From Chthoniobacterales bacterium (lineage in GTDB: Bacteria > Verrucomicrobiota > Verrucomicrobiia > Chthoniobacterales > Chthoniobacteraceae): a DNA stretch of 64,000 nucleotides. Positions 1 to 8,510 of this stretch are shown here, piece after piece (the stretch's first letter is position 1; each line of letters opens with the position of its first letter). The position numbers and the translations under genes were made by a program. The notes beneath the pieces were generated by a model, which saw only the letters and a list, made by a program, of their open reading frames with translations, was not told where the DNA came from and did no database searches. The DNA lies in contig JBBQZX010000004.1 in NCBI GenBank assembly GCA_038207335.1, positions 128,001 through 192,000 on the forward strand, read 5' to 3'.

Positions 1-1336
1 ATCGCGTGCCGTCGAGACTCGCGAGCGCGGAGACATCGGGCTTCGCGCGGATGCCGGATTTCAGGATGTCCTCGAGCGGGATCGCGCCGTCACTTTCCAC
101 TCCGACTCGCTGCCCGCCCATGCGACTGAACATGCGAAAAACATTCAGCACCGGGAGATCGATGCCGCCCGTCGCAAGCTGGCGGAAGCCCGCAAATAGC
201 GGCTGATCTTCAAACGTGAACGCCCATGTCAGCGCGCCTTCGAGATTCACGCCGCGCCGCGCCGCGAGGTCGTGCGCACGGGCAAAACTCGCAGCGGTAT
301 AGCTCGAATACATCGTCGTATTCCGGTATCCGAGTTGCGGCCCCTGGCACGCCGCGCAGCCGTCTGGGTCGGACTCCCCGATCACGATCGGCTTGTCCTT
401 GAATGCTGGAAATCCGGCGATGACGCGGAACGCGCCGTCCATGTCGCGGAGCTGATTCGAGATGCCCATCTGCACATGCCCATCGACGAATCGCGGCTGC
501 CCTTTTGCGTGAAACGAGATGAAATCTACGGGCGTCCCCGCGTCGAGGCAGTGCTGGAGAAAGTCGCCGAGGAACTTGCCGCCCGCGCCTCCCGCGACAT
601 CCGGCCCGCCGACTTTCGCCGCGGGCAACGCGCGCCGGACGGCAGCGATCGCGCGATCGTGAAGCTCGTAAAACTGCTCCCGCGTGCCGCGCCAGTAACC
701 GATGTTGGGCTCGTTCCAAGTCTCCCAATCCCAGCGCGCGACCTCCTCTGCACCGTACCGCTCGACGCAGTGGCGCGCCCATTGGAAGACCAGTTCCTCC
801 CACTTCGCGAAGTCCTTCGGCGGATACGCCCATCCAGTGTAAATCTCGTCGTATTTCGCCTGCGGAGTCCAGTGGTGGCGATACGGCTCGGGCTTCACCG
901 ACAGCGCCTCTGGCATGAAGCCGATCTGCGCGTAAGGCCGCACGCCACTCGCGAGATATGCGTCGAAAATCGCATCGACGATCCGCCAATCGTAAATCGC
1001 CCGGCCTGTCGCGTCCTCCGTGTAGGCATTCGTGCTACCCCATTTCAAAGCCGGAGCTCCATCGCCCGACGTGAGCAAATTATGCGTGCGAAAAAACACC
1101 TCGCCGGGCCGCAACTCACCTAATTCACGCAACAGCTTAGCGCCGTTTTTCATCGTCGCGTAGTTTGGCTCATCCGCGCCGAAATATCGCCAAATCGGCT
1201 TCAGCCCGCCGAGCCCACGCGCCGCATCCACGCGAATTGCGACGCGGAAGGCCGTGGGCTCGTCCGCTGCCACTGCGGAGCGCGAGCAGATCACGGACGC
1301 TGTCGCCAGAACAATTCGGGCAAAGTGGTGTTTCAT
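1..1336 (-). CDS. GH39 beta-xylosidase-like glycoside hydrolase, secreted (3' end outside window)
   Basis: Absent from the ORF track because it has no stop in the window. Manual translation from ATG 1336: MKHHFARIVLATASV...LKPIWRYFGADEPNY...RTHNLLTSGDG..LKWGSTN...WETWNEPN...GESDPDGCAAC. Signal peptide plus WNEP acid/base motif typical of GH39. Confidence 0.85.
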   Translation of the reverse strand, partial: MKHHFARIVLATASVICSRSAVAADEPTAFRVAIRVDAARGLGGLKPIWRYFGADEPNYATMKNGAKLLRELGELRPGEVFFRTHNLLTSGDGAPALKWGSTNAYTEDATGRAIYDWRIVDAIFDAYLASGVRPYAQIGFMPEALSVKPEPYRHHWTPQAKYDEIYTGWAYPPKDFAKWEELVFQWARHCVERYGAEEVARWDWETWNEPNIGYWRGTREQFYELHDRAIAAVRRALPAAKVGGPDVAGGAGGKFLGDFLQHCLDAGTPVDFISFHAKGQPRFVDGHVQMGISNQLRDMDGAFRVIAGFPAFKDKPIVIGESDPDGCAACQGPQLGYRNTTMYSSYTAASFARAHDLAARRGVNLEGALTWAFTFEDQPLFAGFRQLATGGIDLPVLNVFRMFSRMGGQRVGVESDGAIPLEDILKSGIRAKPDVSALASLDGTR

Positions 1337-1504
1337 CGAGACAGAGAATGCGGGACGCGATCGATGGGCCACAACTTCCGAGATGCCATTTGTGAAGGCG
1401 CGATTTTCGCCCGATCAAGACCGCATCGACGTTTTGAGCCGAAGTGCTTGTAGCCGCTCACCGGTCGCCCTTATTTCTCGCACCTCCTAATCTCACAAAT
1501 CCTC

Positions 1505-1948
1505 ATGGCTGAATTCATCTCGATCGCTTCCTTCAACACCCGCCCGCCCGCGGAAAAACTCGCCGAGCAGCTTCGCGAAGCCGGCTTCGCCTCCGAGGTC
1601 TTCGACGAGTCACACGAGCAAAAATGGCAGCTCTTCCAGCTCGATCCCCACGCACATCTGCGAGTGCGCGTCCCTGAGCCCGAACTCCAAAAAGCGACCG
1701 AGCAGCTCCACGCATGGGAAGGCTCCGACACCACGCTCGCGCAGGCCGTGCATTGCCCAAGTTGCAATTCCACCCGCGTCGAGTACCCGCAATTCTCCCG
1801 GCGCACTCTCATCGGCGCGCTCCCCGCGATCGCCGCATCCGCAGGGCTCATCGAGCAGAATTATTTCTGCGAGTCGTGCAACTTCACCTGGCGCGCAGAG
1901 CCTGCGAAGCCCGATGTTGATCGCGACGCGCTGAATTGGAAAAAGTAG
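1505..1948 (+). CDS. hypothetical protein, DUF2007-like N-terminus plus CxxC...CxxC zinc ribbon around a hydrophobic segment
   Basis: AEKLAEQLREAGF...LRVRVPE motif; CPSC and CESC pairs. Confidence 0.6.
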   Translation: MAEFISIASFNTRPPAEKLAEQLREAGFASEVFDESHEQKWQLFQLDPHAHLRVRVPEPELQKATEQLHAWEGSDTTLAQAVHCPSCNSTRVEYPQFSRRTLIGALPAIAASAGLIEQNYFCESCNFTWRAEPAKPDVDRDALNWKK

Positions 1949-1994
1949 CCTACCGAGGGGGCGGGCGGCTTCGCTCTTTGTGAAAAACGCGTTA

Positions 1995-2023
1995 TTGACG
2001 CCGCGGCGCCTCGCTCCTAGCCT
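1995..2023 (+). promoter_or_regulatory. sigma70-like promoter of rpsU
   Basis: TTGACG-17 bp-TAGCCT upstream of ATG 2061. Confidence 0.55.
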
Positions 2024-2060
2024 TCGCACCCTCTAAACCACAATTTTAACCGAACCACAC

Positions 2061-2261
2061 ATGCCTGAAGTCATCGTCCGCAAAGGGGAGCCAATCGACC
2101 GCGCTCTCAAACGCCTTAAGGGAAAACTCGAATCCGAGGGAATCATGGAGGAAGTCCGTCGCCTCCGCGCCTTCGAGACGCCCACGCAGAAGTCCAAGCG
2201 CAAGGCCAAATCGAACGCCAAGCGCGCAAAGGCGAAAATGCGTTTCCACACCGCCGCGTAA
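2061..2261 (+). CDS. rpsU: 30S ribosomal protein S21
   Basis: MPEVIVRKGEPIDRALKRLK...EGIMEEVRRLRAFETP; 66 aa, basic. Confidence 0.95.
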   Translation: MPEVIVRKGEPIDRALKRLKGKLESEGIMEEVRRLRAFETPTQKSKRKAKSNAKRAKAKMRFHTAA

Positions 2262-2285
2262 CCCGCAGCGCGAAACCTTTCCAAG

Positions 2286-2320
2286 CAGCCAGCCCGCGAA
2301 ATCGGGCTGGCTGTTTTTGT
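2286..2320 (+). terminator. intrinsic terminator after rpsU
   Basis: CAGCCAGCCCG-cgaaat-CGGGCTGGCTG followed by a T-run. Confidence 0.85.
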
Positions 2321-2381
2321 TTCCCACGCCAGCGTTTTTGCTTCGCAAGAAATCGCGCACTTTCGTCCTTCTCCCATTTTC

Positions 2382-4097
2382 ATGACTTCTGAACCCACCG
2401 CATCGCCCGAGCCCTCCGACTTCATACGCGACATCGTCGCCGCCGACCTCGAGGCGGGAAAATTCGCGCAAGTGGTCACTCGTTTCCCGCCCGAACCGAA
2501 CGGCTACCTCCACATCGGACACGCGAAATCGATCTGCCTGAACTTTGGGATCGCGCGCGAATTTGGCGGCATCTGCAACCTGCGGATGGACGACACAAAC
2601 CCGACAAAAGAGGAGGTCGAATACGTCGAGTCTATCATTGCGGATGTGAATTGGCTGATCGGCGGATGGGCCGATCGGGTTCTCCGATTTCAGACCGCGA
2701 AGGAGCCATTCTACGCAAGCAACTATTTCCAGCAGCTCTACGACTATGCCGTCGAGCTCATCTGCACAGGCAGGGCATACGTCTGCGATCTCTCGCCGGA
2801 AGAAACCGACCGGTATCGCGGCGCGCCGGATCGTGCTGGCATACCCAGCCCATTCCGTGAGCGCTCGATCGAGGAAAGTCTCGACCTTTTCTCCCGGATG
2901 AAAGCCGGCGAATTTCCGAACGGCGCGCGCACGCTCCGCGCAAAAATCGATATGACCTCGCCAAATGTCTGGTTGCGCGATCCCCTGCTCTACCGCATCC
3001 GTCACGCCGAGCATCACCACACCGGCGGCGCGTGGTGCATCTACCCGATGTACGATTTCGCGCACTGCCTCAGCGACTCGATCGAGGGGGTCACGCACTC
3101 GATTTGCACGCTGGAATTCGAGGTGCATCGCCCGCTCTACGACTGGCTGCTCGACGCGCTCCCTGTGCCGCAGCCGCGACCGCATCAGCACGAATTCGCA
3201 CGGCTCAATCTGAGCTACACCGTGATGAGCAAGCGCAAGCTCATGCAGCTCGTGAAAGAGCGGCTCGTCACCGGCTGGGACGATCCGCGGATGCCGACGA
3301 TCTCCGGCCTGCGCCGCCGCGGAGTGCCCGCGGAAGCGCTGCGAAATTTCGCGTACCACATCGGCGTGACGAAATACAACGGACTCACCGACGTCGCCGT
3401 GCTCGAGCACGCGATCCGCTCGGAACTCAATGCCAAAGCCCATCGCCGGCTCGCCGTGCTGCATCCGGTGAAGGTCGTCATCACCAATCTGCCTGCCGAT
3501 CATTCCGAGGAAATCGAAGCGCCAAATCATCCCGCCGACCCCGCCGCCGGCACGCGCACGCTCCATTTCGGACGCCAGCTTTTCATCGAAAGCGACGACT
3601 TCATGGAGGTGCCCGCACCGAAATATTTCCGCCTGAAACCCGGCGGGGAAGTGCGGCTGAAATACGCATACATCATCAAGTGCGACGAAGTGGTAAAAGA
3701 CACCGACGGCCACATCGTCGAGCTGCGCTGCACCGCCGATCTCGACTCGAAGAGCGGCGGCGCGACCGCGAGCCGCAAAGTCAAAGGTACGATCCACTGG
3801 GTCAGTGCCGCGCACGCCATCGACGCCGAAGTGCGACTCTACGACCGCCTCTTCACCGAAGCCGAACCCGACGCAGAAGGCCGCGACTTCAAGGAATTCC
3901 TGAACCCGCGCTCCCGCGAAATCATCATCGCAAAACTCGAGCCATCCCTCGCCGACGTCGCCCCAGAAGCTCGTTTCCAATTTGAGCGTCTCGGCTATTT
4001 CTGCCTCGACGCGGACTCCAGCGGGAGCGCGCGACCGATCTTCAACCGCACGATCACGCTCAAAGACGCGTGGGCCAAAGAGCCGCCTCGCGGATAA
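2382..4097 (+). CDS. glnS: glutamine--tRNA ligase
   Basis: TRFPPEPNGYLHIGHAK (HIGH), MSKRKL, GWDDPRMPTI, FQFERLGYF. Confidence 0.97.
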   Translation: MTSEPTASPEPSDFIRDIVAADLEAGKFAQVVTRFPPEPNGYLHIGHAKSICLNFGIAREFGGICNLRMDDTNPTKEEVEYVESIIADVNWLIGGWADRVLRFQTAKEPFYASNYFQQLYDYAVELICTGRAYVCDLSPEETDRYRGAPDRAGIPSPFRERSIEESLDLFSRMKAGEFPNGARTLRAKIDMTSPNVWLRDPLLYRIRHAEHHHTGGAWCIYPMYDFAHCLSDSIEGVTHSICTLEFEVHRPLYDWLLDALPVPQPRPHQHEFARLNLSYTVMSKRKLMQLVKERLVTGWDDPRMPTISGLRRRGVPAEALRNFAYHIGVTKYNGLTDVAVLEHAIRSELNAKAHRRLAVLHPVKVVITNLPADHSEEIEAPNHPADPAAGTRTLHFGRQLFIESDDFMEVPAPKYFRLKPGGEVRLKYAYIIKCDEVVKDTDGHIVELRCTADLDSKSGGATASRKVKGTIHWVSAAHAIDAEVRLYDRLFTEAEPDAEGRDFKEFLNPRSREIIIAKLEPSLADVAPEARFQFERLGYFCLDADSSGSARPIFNRTITLKDAWAKEPPRG

Positions 4098-4254
4098 ACA
4101 TTCACCGCGCGACCTCTATCCGCGAACCAAGCCCACGGCTCGGCCTCAGCGTTATGAGGAGCACAGTGTCAGCTTTTGGGGCAGAGAGCGACTTGTAGGC
4201 GCCTCCAGCAAGCGCCTGGCTTGACTCACTCGCCGATTCTCGCAGAGTTCGTGC

Positions 4255-4462
4255 ATGCTTCTCACCGCCGTTTTGATTCCGGCCATCGAGGGCGGTTTCG
4301 TCGCACTCAACCCAGAAACGGACACCACGACTCATGGTGAGTCTGTGTCCGAAGCAATCGGCAACCTCCGAGAAGCTACCGAACTTTATCTGGAGGAGTT
4401 TCCTCTCGAGGAGACCGGCCAGGCACTGCGGACGACCTTCGAGGTTGCGGCCCCATGCCTAG
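4255..4462 (+). pseudogene. hicB: HicB-family antitoxin, +1 frameshift at the 3' end (reads through to 4578)
   Basis: GGFVALNPE..TTTHGESVSEAIGNLREATELYLEE is HicB-like. The expected TAG 4460-4462 overlapping the hicA ATG is out of frame by one extra C in CCCC 4451-4454. Confidence 0.7.
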
Positions 4463-4669
4463 ACTTCCGCGCATCTCGGGATCAGAGGCTGTGCGCGCAA
4501 TACGAGGGCTCGGATTCGAGATCGCACGACAGCGAGGAAGTCACATCGTCATGCGGCGGGGATCGTCTGGTTGCGTGATCCCGGATCATCGCGAACTGAA
4601 GGGTGGCACGATTGCTGGCCACTTCGCCAAGCGGGTGTCTCCGTTGAGGAGTTCGTCGCCGCACTCTGA
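4455..4669 (+). pseudogene. hicA: HicA-family mRNA interferase toxin, frameshift near 4620
   Basis: MPRLPRISGSEAVRAIRGLGFEIARQRGSHIVMRRG...VIPDHRELKGGTIAG; the family-like end LRQAGVSVEEFVAAL* continues in a shifted frame, 4622-4669. Confidence 0.75.
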
Positions 4670-4747
4670 ACCTGAACCGCCTCGTTTCCGACCGCGCTCG
4701 AAATGCCAATCAAAGGCGACAAACATCGTTTCGGACGCGTCTCCGCA

Positions 4748-6016
4748 ATGAATTGGCCAAAAAAAAATTCCGTTACTGCAATCCTTGCCATCGCACTTTT
4801 ATTCGGGATCGCCGGTGGCATACGCGCCGCGATGCCTGCATTTCAGCAGATCGACCTCCCGCCGCACAGCTACCGCGACCGCACGCCGACCGACGCATTC
4901 ACGCGTCTCACTGCCGATCTCGAATCCGGCCGCATCCCCCTCAATTCCAGCAGCGAAAAAGCATTCGTTACGAGCCTCCTGAACGCCCTCGGCGTGCCGG
5001 TCAGCTCGCAGATGCTTGTCTTTTCCACCACGAGCCTGCAACTCCGCCTCATCACGCCCGCCAATCCTCGCGCACTCTACTTTTCCGAGGAAATGTATGT
5101 CGGCTACGTCCCCGGCGGCCGCATCGAGATCGAGGCGCTCGACCCGGAACTCGGTGGTATTTTCCACATCTTCGACATCCCCGCTCCCGGCGAAAAAATC
5201 CGCGTCGAGCGATCCGAGCGCTGCATGAATTGCCACGCGAGCGCCGAGAATCAGCGCGTCCCTGGGCTGCTCTTGAAGTCGGTGATCCCCGGCCCGCGCG
5301 GCGGCAGCCTCACTGCATTTCGGCTCGATCAAATCGGTCACGGCGTCCCGTTCGCCCAGCGCCTCGGCGGCTGGTACGTTACTGGCACGCACGGCATCGC
5401 GGATCATTTGGGAAACACGTTTGGCGACCTCTCCCCGCGCGGCCTCACCAAGCATCCGATCGAGCCGGGCCGCTTGTTCGAATTCGCAAAATACCCCGCG
5501 CCGACCAGCGACATCCTGCCGGAGCTGCTCCTCGAGCATCAGGCCGGATTCATTAACCGCGTCGTCGAAGCATCCTACCGCGCCCGCACCATCGGTTTCG
5601 CCAGCGGCGAGAATCTCACGTCCGAGCAATCGAGCGAACTCGACGAGCAGGCACGCATCCTCACGCGCTATGTGCTCTTCGCCGACGAGGCGCCCCTGAC
5701 CGCTGGCGGCGTCGAAGGCGACGCTAACTTCAAATCCGACTTCCTGCAAAACCGCCGCAAATCGACCGCCGGCTTCTCGCTGAAGGACTTCGATCTCCGC
5801 ACGCGCCTCTTCCGCCACCGATGCAGCTACATGATCTACACCGCGCCATTTCAAAAGCTCCCGGCGCCACTGAAACAGCGCATCTTCACCCGCCTCGCCA
5901 TCGCGCTCGACACCGCAAAACCCGCGCCCGAATTCGCCTACCTGCCCCCCGCCGAAAAGCACTCCATCGCCGAGATCCTCCGCGAGACACTCCCCGACCT
6001 GCCGCCGGGATGGTAA
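4748..6016 (+). CDS. secreted PVC-type conserved protein with a single CxxCH heme-c motif
   Basis: N-terminal hydrophobic signal; SQMLVFSTTSLQ...NPRALYF; ERCMNCHAS; RCSYMIY. Confidence 0.65.
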   Translation: MNWPKKNSVTAILAIALLFGIAGGIRAAMPAFQQIDLPPHSYRDRTPTDAFTRLTADLESGRIPLNSSSEKAFVTSLLNALGVPVSSQMLVFSTTSLQLRLITPANPRALYFSEEMYVGYVPGGRIEIEALDPELGGIFHIFDIPAPGEKIRVERSERCMNCHASAENQRVPGLLLKSVIPGPRGGSLTAFRLDQIGHGVPFAQRLGGWYVTGTHGIADHLGNTFGDLSPRGLTKHPIEPGRLFEFAKYPAPTSDILPELLLEHQAGFINRVVEASYRARTIGFASGENLTSEQSSELDEQARILTRYVLFADEAPLTAGGVEGDANFKSDFLQNRRKSTAGFSLKDFDLRTRLFRHRCSYMIYTAPFQKLPAPLKQRIFTRLAIALDTAKPAPEFAYLPPAEKHSIAEILRETLPDLPPGW

Positions 6017-6021
6017 AAAAA

Positions 6022-6056
6022 CGGGCGCTCCCGCCAGTAGCAGGAGCGCCCGAAAA
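6022..6056. terminator. hairpin terminator between convergent genes
   Basis: CGGGCGCTCC...GGAGCGCCCG stem with an A-run on the left (T-run for the minus strand). Confidence 0.7.
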
Positions 6057-6070
6057 TCAAGCTGCGCGGC

Positions 6071-6457
6071 TTACTTGCCCGCTTCCATCTTCTCCCCCGC
6101 GTCCTTCCATCCGGAGATGCCCGCGGAGAGATGCTTCACGTTTGTGTAGCCAAGTTCCGACGCCTTTTTCGCCGCAGCCGCATACGCGCCGCACGTCGGT
6201 CCGCCGCAATACGCGACAACAAGCGCGCCTTTATCTTCCGGAAGCACCGTCGCAAGTTCGGCTTTGTTTTTGACGAAATCGATCGCCGTTGGGATGTGCC
6301 CGTCGCGATACGATTCGCTGCCATTGACATCGATGACCGTGACTTTTTTCGCCGCGATCGCCGACTTCAACTCAGTGATGCTGATGTCGGGATATTCACC
6401 GGCGTAAGCCCCAACCGCGAGGACGGCAGACGCGAGGATTGTGAGGAATTTTTTCAT
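6071..6457 (-). CDS. secreted rhodanese-like domain protein
   Basis: MKKFLTILASAVLAVGAYA signal; VIDVN...GHIPTA; YCGGPTC active loop; LSAGISGW. Confidence 0.85.
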   Translation of the reverse strand: MKKFLTILASAVLAVGAYAGEYPDISITELKSAIAAKKVTVIDVNGSESYRDGHIPTAIDFVKNKAELATVLPEDKGALVVAYCGGPTCGAYAAAAKKASELGYTNVKHLSAGISGWKDAGEKMEAGK

Positions 6458-6604
6458 TCTGTGTTTTGGTTTGATGGGTGTTGGTTTTTGAGAGCCTCGA
6501 CCGCGGAGCGAGCGTGTTGCTTGCTCCGCGGTCATTGCTGGGCTGGCAAGATAGCCTGATCTGCGCACCGCACAATTCACAACTTCACGCGCCTACGTTC
6601 CCGC

Positions 6605-7999
6605 TTGTCGGCTCCGCCCGCGCCCGCGACGCTCCCGCACTCCATGCCCCGCGAGCCGACTGCGCACGATCCCTACGCCGCGTTCCGTTTCCCATCTTAC
6701 CGCAATTACTGGATCGGCGGATTCATCGCCGTCATCGGCCGGCAGATGCTCGCCGTCGCGGTCGGATACGAGATTTTCCAGCGCACGCATTCCGCCACCG
6801 CGCTCGGCCTCGTCGGCCTCGTCGGCGCACTACCTGTCATCTTCCTGTCGCTTCCCGCTGGCCAGCTCGCCGATCGTTTTCGCCGCAAGCGCATCCTTAT
6901 CGCGACGCAAATCCTGCTCGTCCTGAGTTCGATCGCGCTCACTGCCGTCTCGCTCAATCACGCAGAAATTCCCGGCCTCCCGCCGCTGCTCTGGCTCAAC
7001 CACGGCATTACCGCCACCGCCGCATTTTTCGGCGAAAAGAGCGGCGTCGCATTTGAGCCCGCGCTTCCGCTCATCTATGCGCTGCTCCTGATCAACGGTG
7101 TCGCCCGCGCCTTCGGTTGGTCCGCGCGCAGTCCCTTTGCCGCAAACCTCGTCCCGCGCGAAGCCCTCGGAAACGCCGTCACATGGGGCAGCATGAATTT
7201 CGAGGTCGGCTCCGTAGTCGGCCCCGCCATCGGCGGCCTCGCCATCGCGAGCTTCGGCTACTCCGCCGTCTATGCCATCGACGCCATCTGCGGCGTGATC
7301 TTCATCGCATTCCTAATCCCCATCCACGACAGGCAGGAGTTGCACCAGCCAACCGCGCATCCGCTCCGCGACCTCTTCGCCGGCCTCAGCTTCGTGTTCA
7401 AAAAGAAAGCCATTCTGGCGACGATCACCCTCGATCTTTTTGCAGTGCTACTCGGCGGTGCCACGGCGCTTCTGCCGATGTTCGCCGACCAAATCCTGCA
7501 CGTCGGCGCGGTCGGCCTCGGCTGGCTCCGCGCCGCCCCCTCCCTCGGCGCCCTCACGATGGCACTCACCATCACGCACCTCCCGCCTATGCGCCGAGCA
7601 GGTATCGCGATGCTTTGGGCCGTCGGCGGATTTGGCGCGGCGACCATCGGCTTCGGTCTCTCGCACACGCTTTGGTTTTCGCTCATCATGCTCGTGATCC
7701 TCGGCGCACTCGATAATATCAGCGTCGTCGTGCGCCACACACTCGTGCAGCTCCTTACGCCGGACTCGATGCGCGGCCGCGTAGCCGCCGTGAACAACGT
7801 CTTCATCGGCTCCTCGAATGAACTCGGGGCGCTCGAGTCCGGCCTCACCGCCGCGCTTTTCGGCCCGGTCCTCTCAGTCGTTGGAGGCGGCGTCGGCACC
7901 ATCCTCGTCGTCATCGCCGTGGCCCTGGTCTGGCCGCAAGTCCGCCGTCTCGGCCCTCTCGACCAGACAGCCGAAAACGAAGACCGCCTCCAGCCGTGA
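6605..7999 (+). CDS. MFS transporter (MFS_3/EntS-like)
   Basis: About 12 TM segments; AGQLADRFRRK motif A; TPDSMRGRV. Confidence 0.9.
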   Translation: MSAPPAPATLPHSMPREPTAHDPYAAFRFPSYRNYWIGGFIAVIGRQMLAVAVGYEIFQRTHSATALGLVGLVGALPVIFLSLPAGQLADRFRRKRILIATQILLVLSSIALTAVSLNHAEIPGLPPLLWLNHGITATAAFFGEKSGVAFEPALPLIYALLLINGVARAFGWSARSPFAANLVPREALGNAVTWGSMNFEVGSVVGPAIGGLAIASFGYSAVYAIDAICGVIFIAFLIPIHDRQELHQPTAHPLRDLFAGLSFVFKKKAILATITLDLFAVLLGGATALLPMFADQILHVGAVGLGWLRAAPSLGALTMALTITHLPPMRRAGIAMLWAVGGFGAATIGFGLSHTLWFSLIMLVILGALDNISVVVRHTLVQLLTPDSMRGRVAAVNNVFIGSSNELGALESGLTAALFGPVLSVVGGGVGTILVVIAVALVWPQVRRLGPLDQTAENEDRLQP

Positions 8000-8060
8000 C
8001 CCGCAACATCTGCGCGGGCTTGCCTCGCATTTCGGGACGCGCGCAATTACAAAAGCAAAA

Positions 8061-8507
8061 ATGCTCGCAACCGTCGGCAGCCTTCTCAACGAAAAGCGCA
8101 TCGACCTCGACCTGCCCGCGGGCACGGAAACCGACGCCATCCAGCGAGTCGCGGCACTGGTTCGGGCCGATCCCGCCGTGCTCTCGTTTCAGGCATTCAC
8201 GGCAGAGATTCTTGCGCGGGAAAAAATCAGCCCCACCGCAATCGGCCAAGGCGTCGCATTTCCTCACGCCCGCACCGAGCACGTCAACGAAATCGTCCTC
8301 GCCGCGGGCCGCAGCCGGGCCGGAATTCCATTCGCGGGCGGCGCTCAAACTGTCCACCTAATCTTCGTCATCGGCACGCCAAACGACCGCGTCCGCGAAT
8401 ATCTCGCGCTCGTCGGCGGCCTCGCGCGTCTGCTGAAAGACAGCACCGTCCGCGAGAAGCTCATGCAAGCCGCGACCCACGCCGCCTTCCTCGCTGCGCT
8501 GCGCTGA
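8061..8507 (+). CDS. PTS EIIA domain protein (fructose/nitrogen type)
   Basis: REKISPTAIGQGVAFPHART phospho-His motif; start chosen at ATG 8061. Confidence 0.85.
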   Translation: MLATVGSLLNEKRIDLDLPAGTETDAIQRVAALVRADPAVLSFQAFTAEILAREKISPTAIGQGVAFPHARTEHVNEIVLAAGRSRAGIPFAGGAQTVHLIFVIGTPNDRVREYLALVGGLARLLKDSTVREKLMQAATHAAFLAALR

Positions 8508-8510
8508 GCG

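Noticed and set aside
2046..3980. 644-aa minus-strand ORF
   Set aside because: Antisense shadow of rpsU/glnS, typical of high-GC DNA.
4120..4185. Weak attC-like words upstream of hicB (CGCGAACCAAG...GTCAGCTTTTGGGG)
   Set aside because: No GTT core and no convincing hairpin; could be chance.
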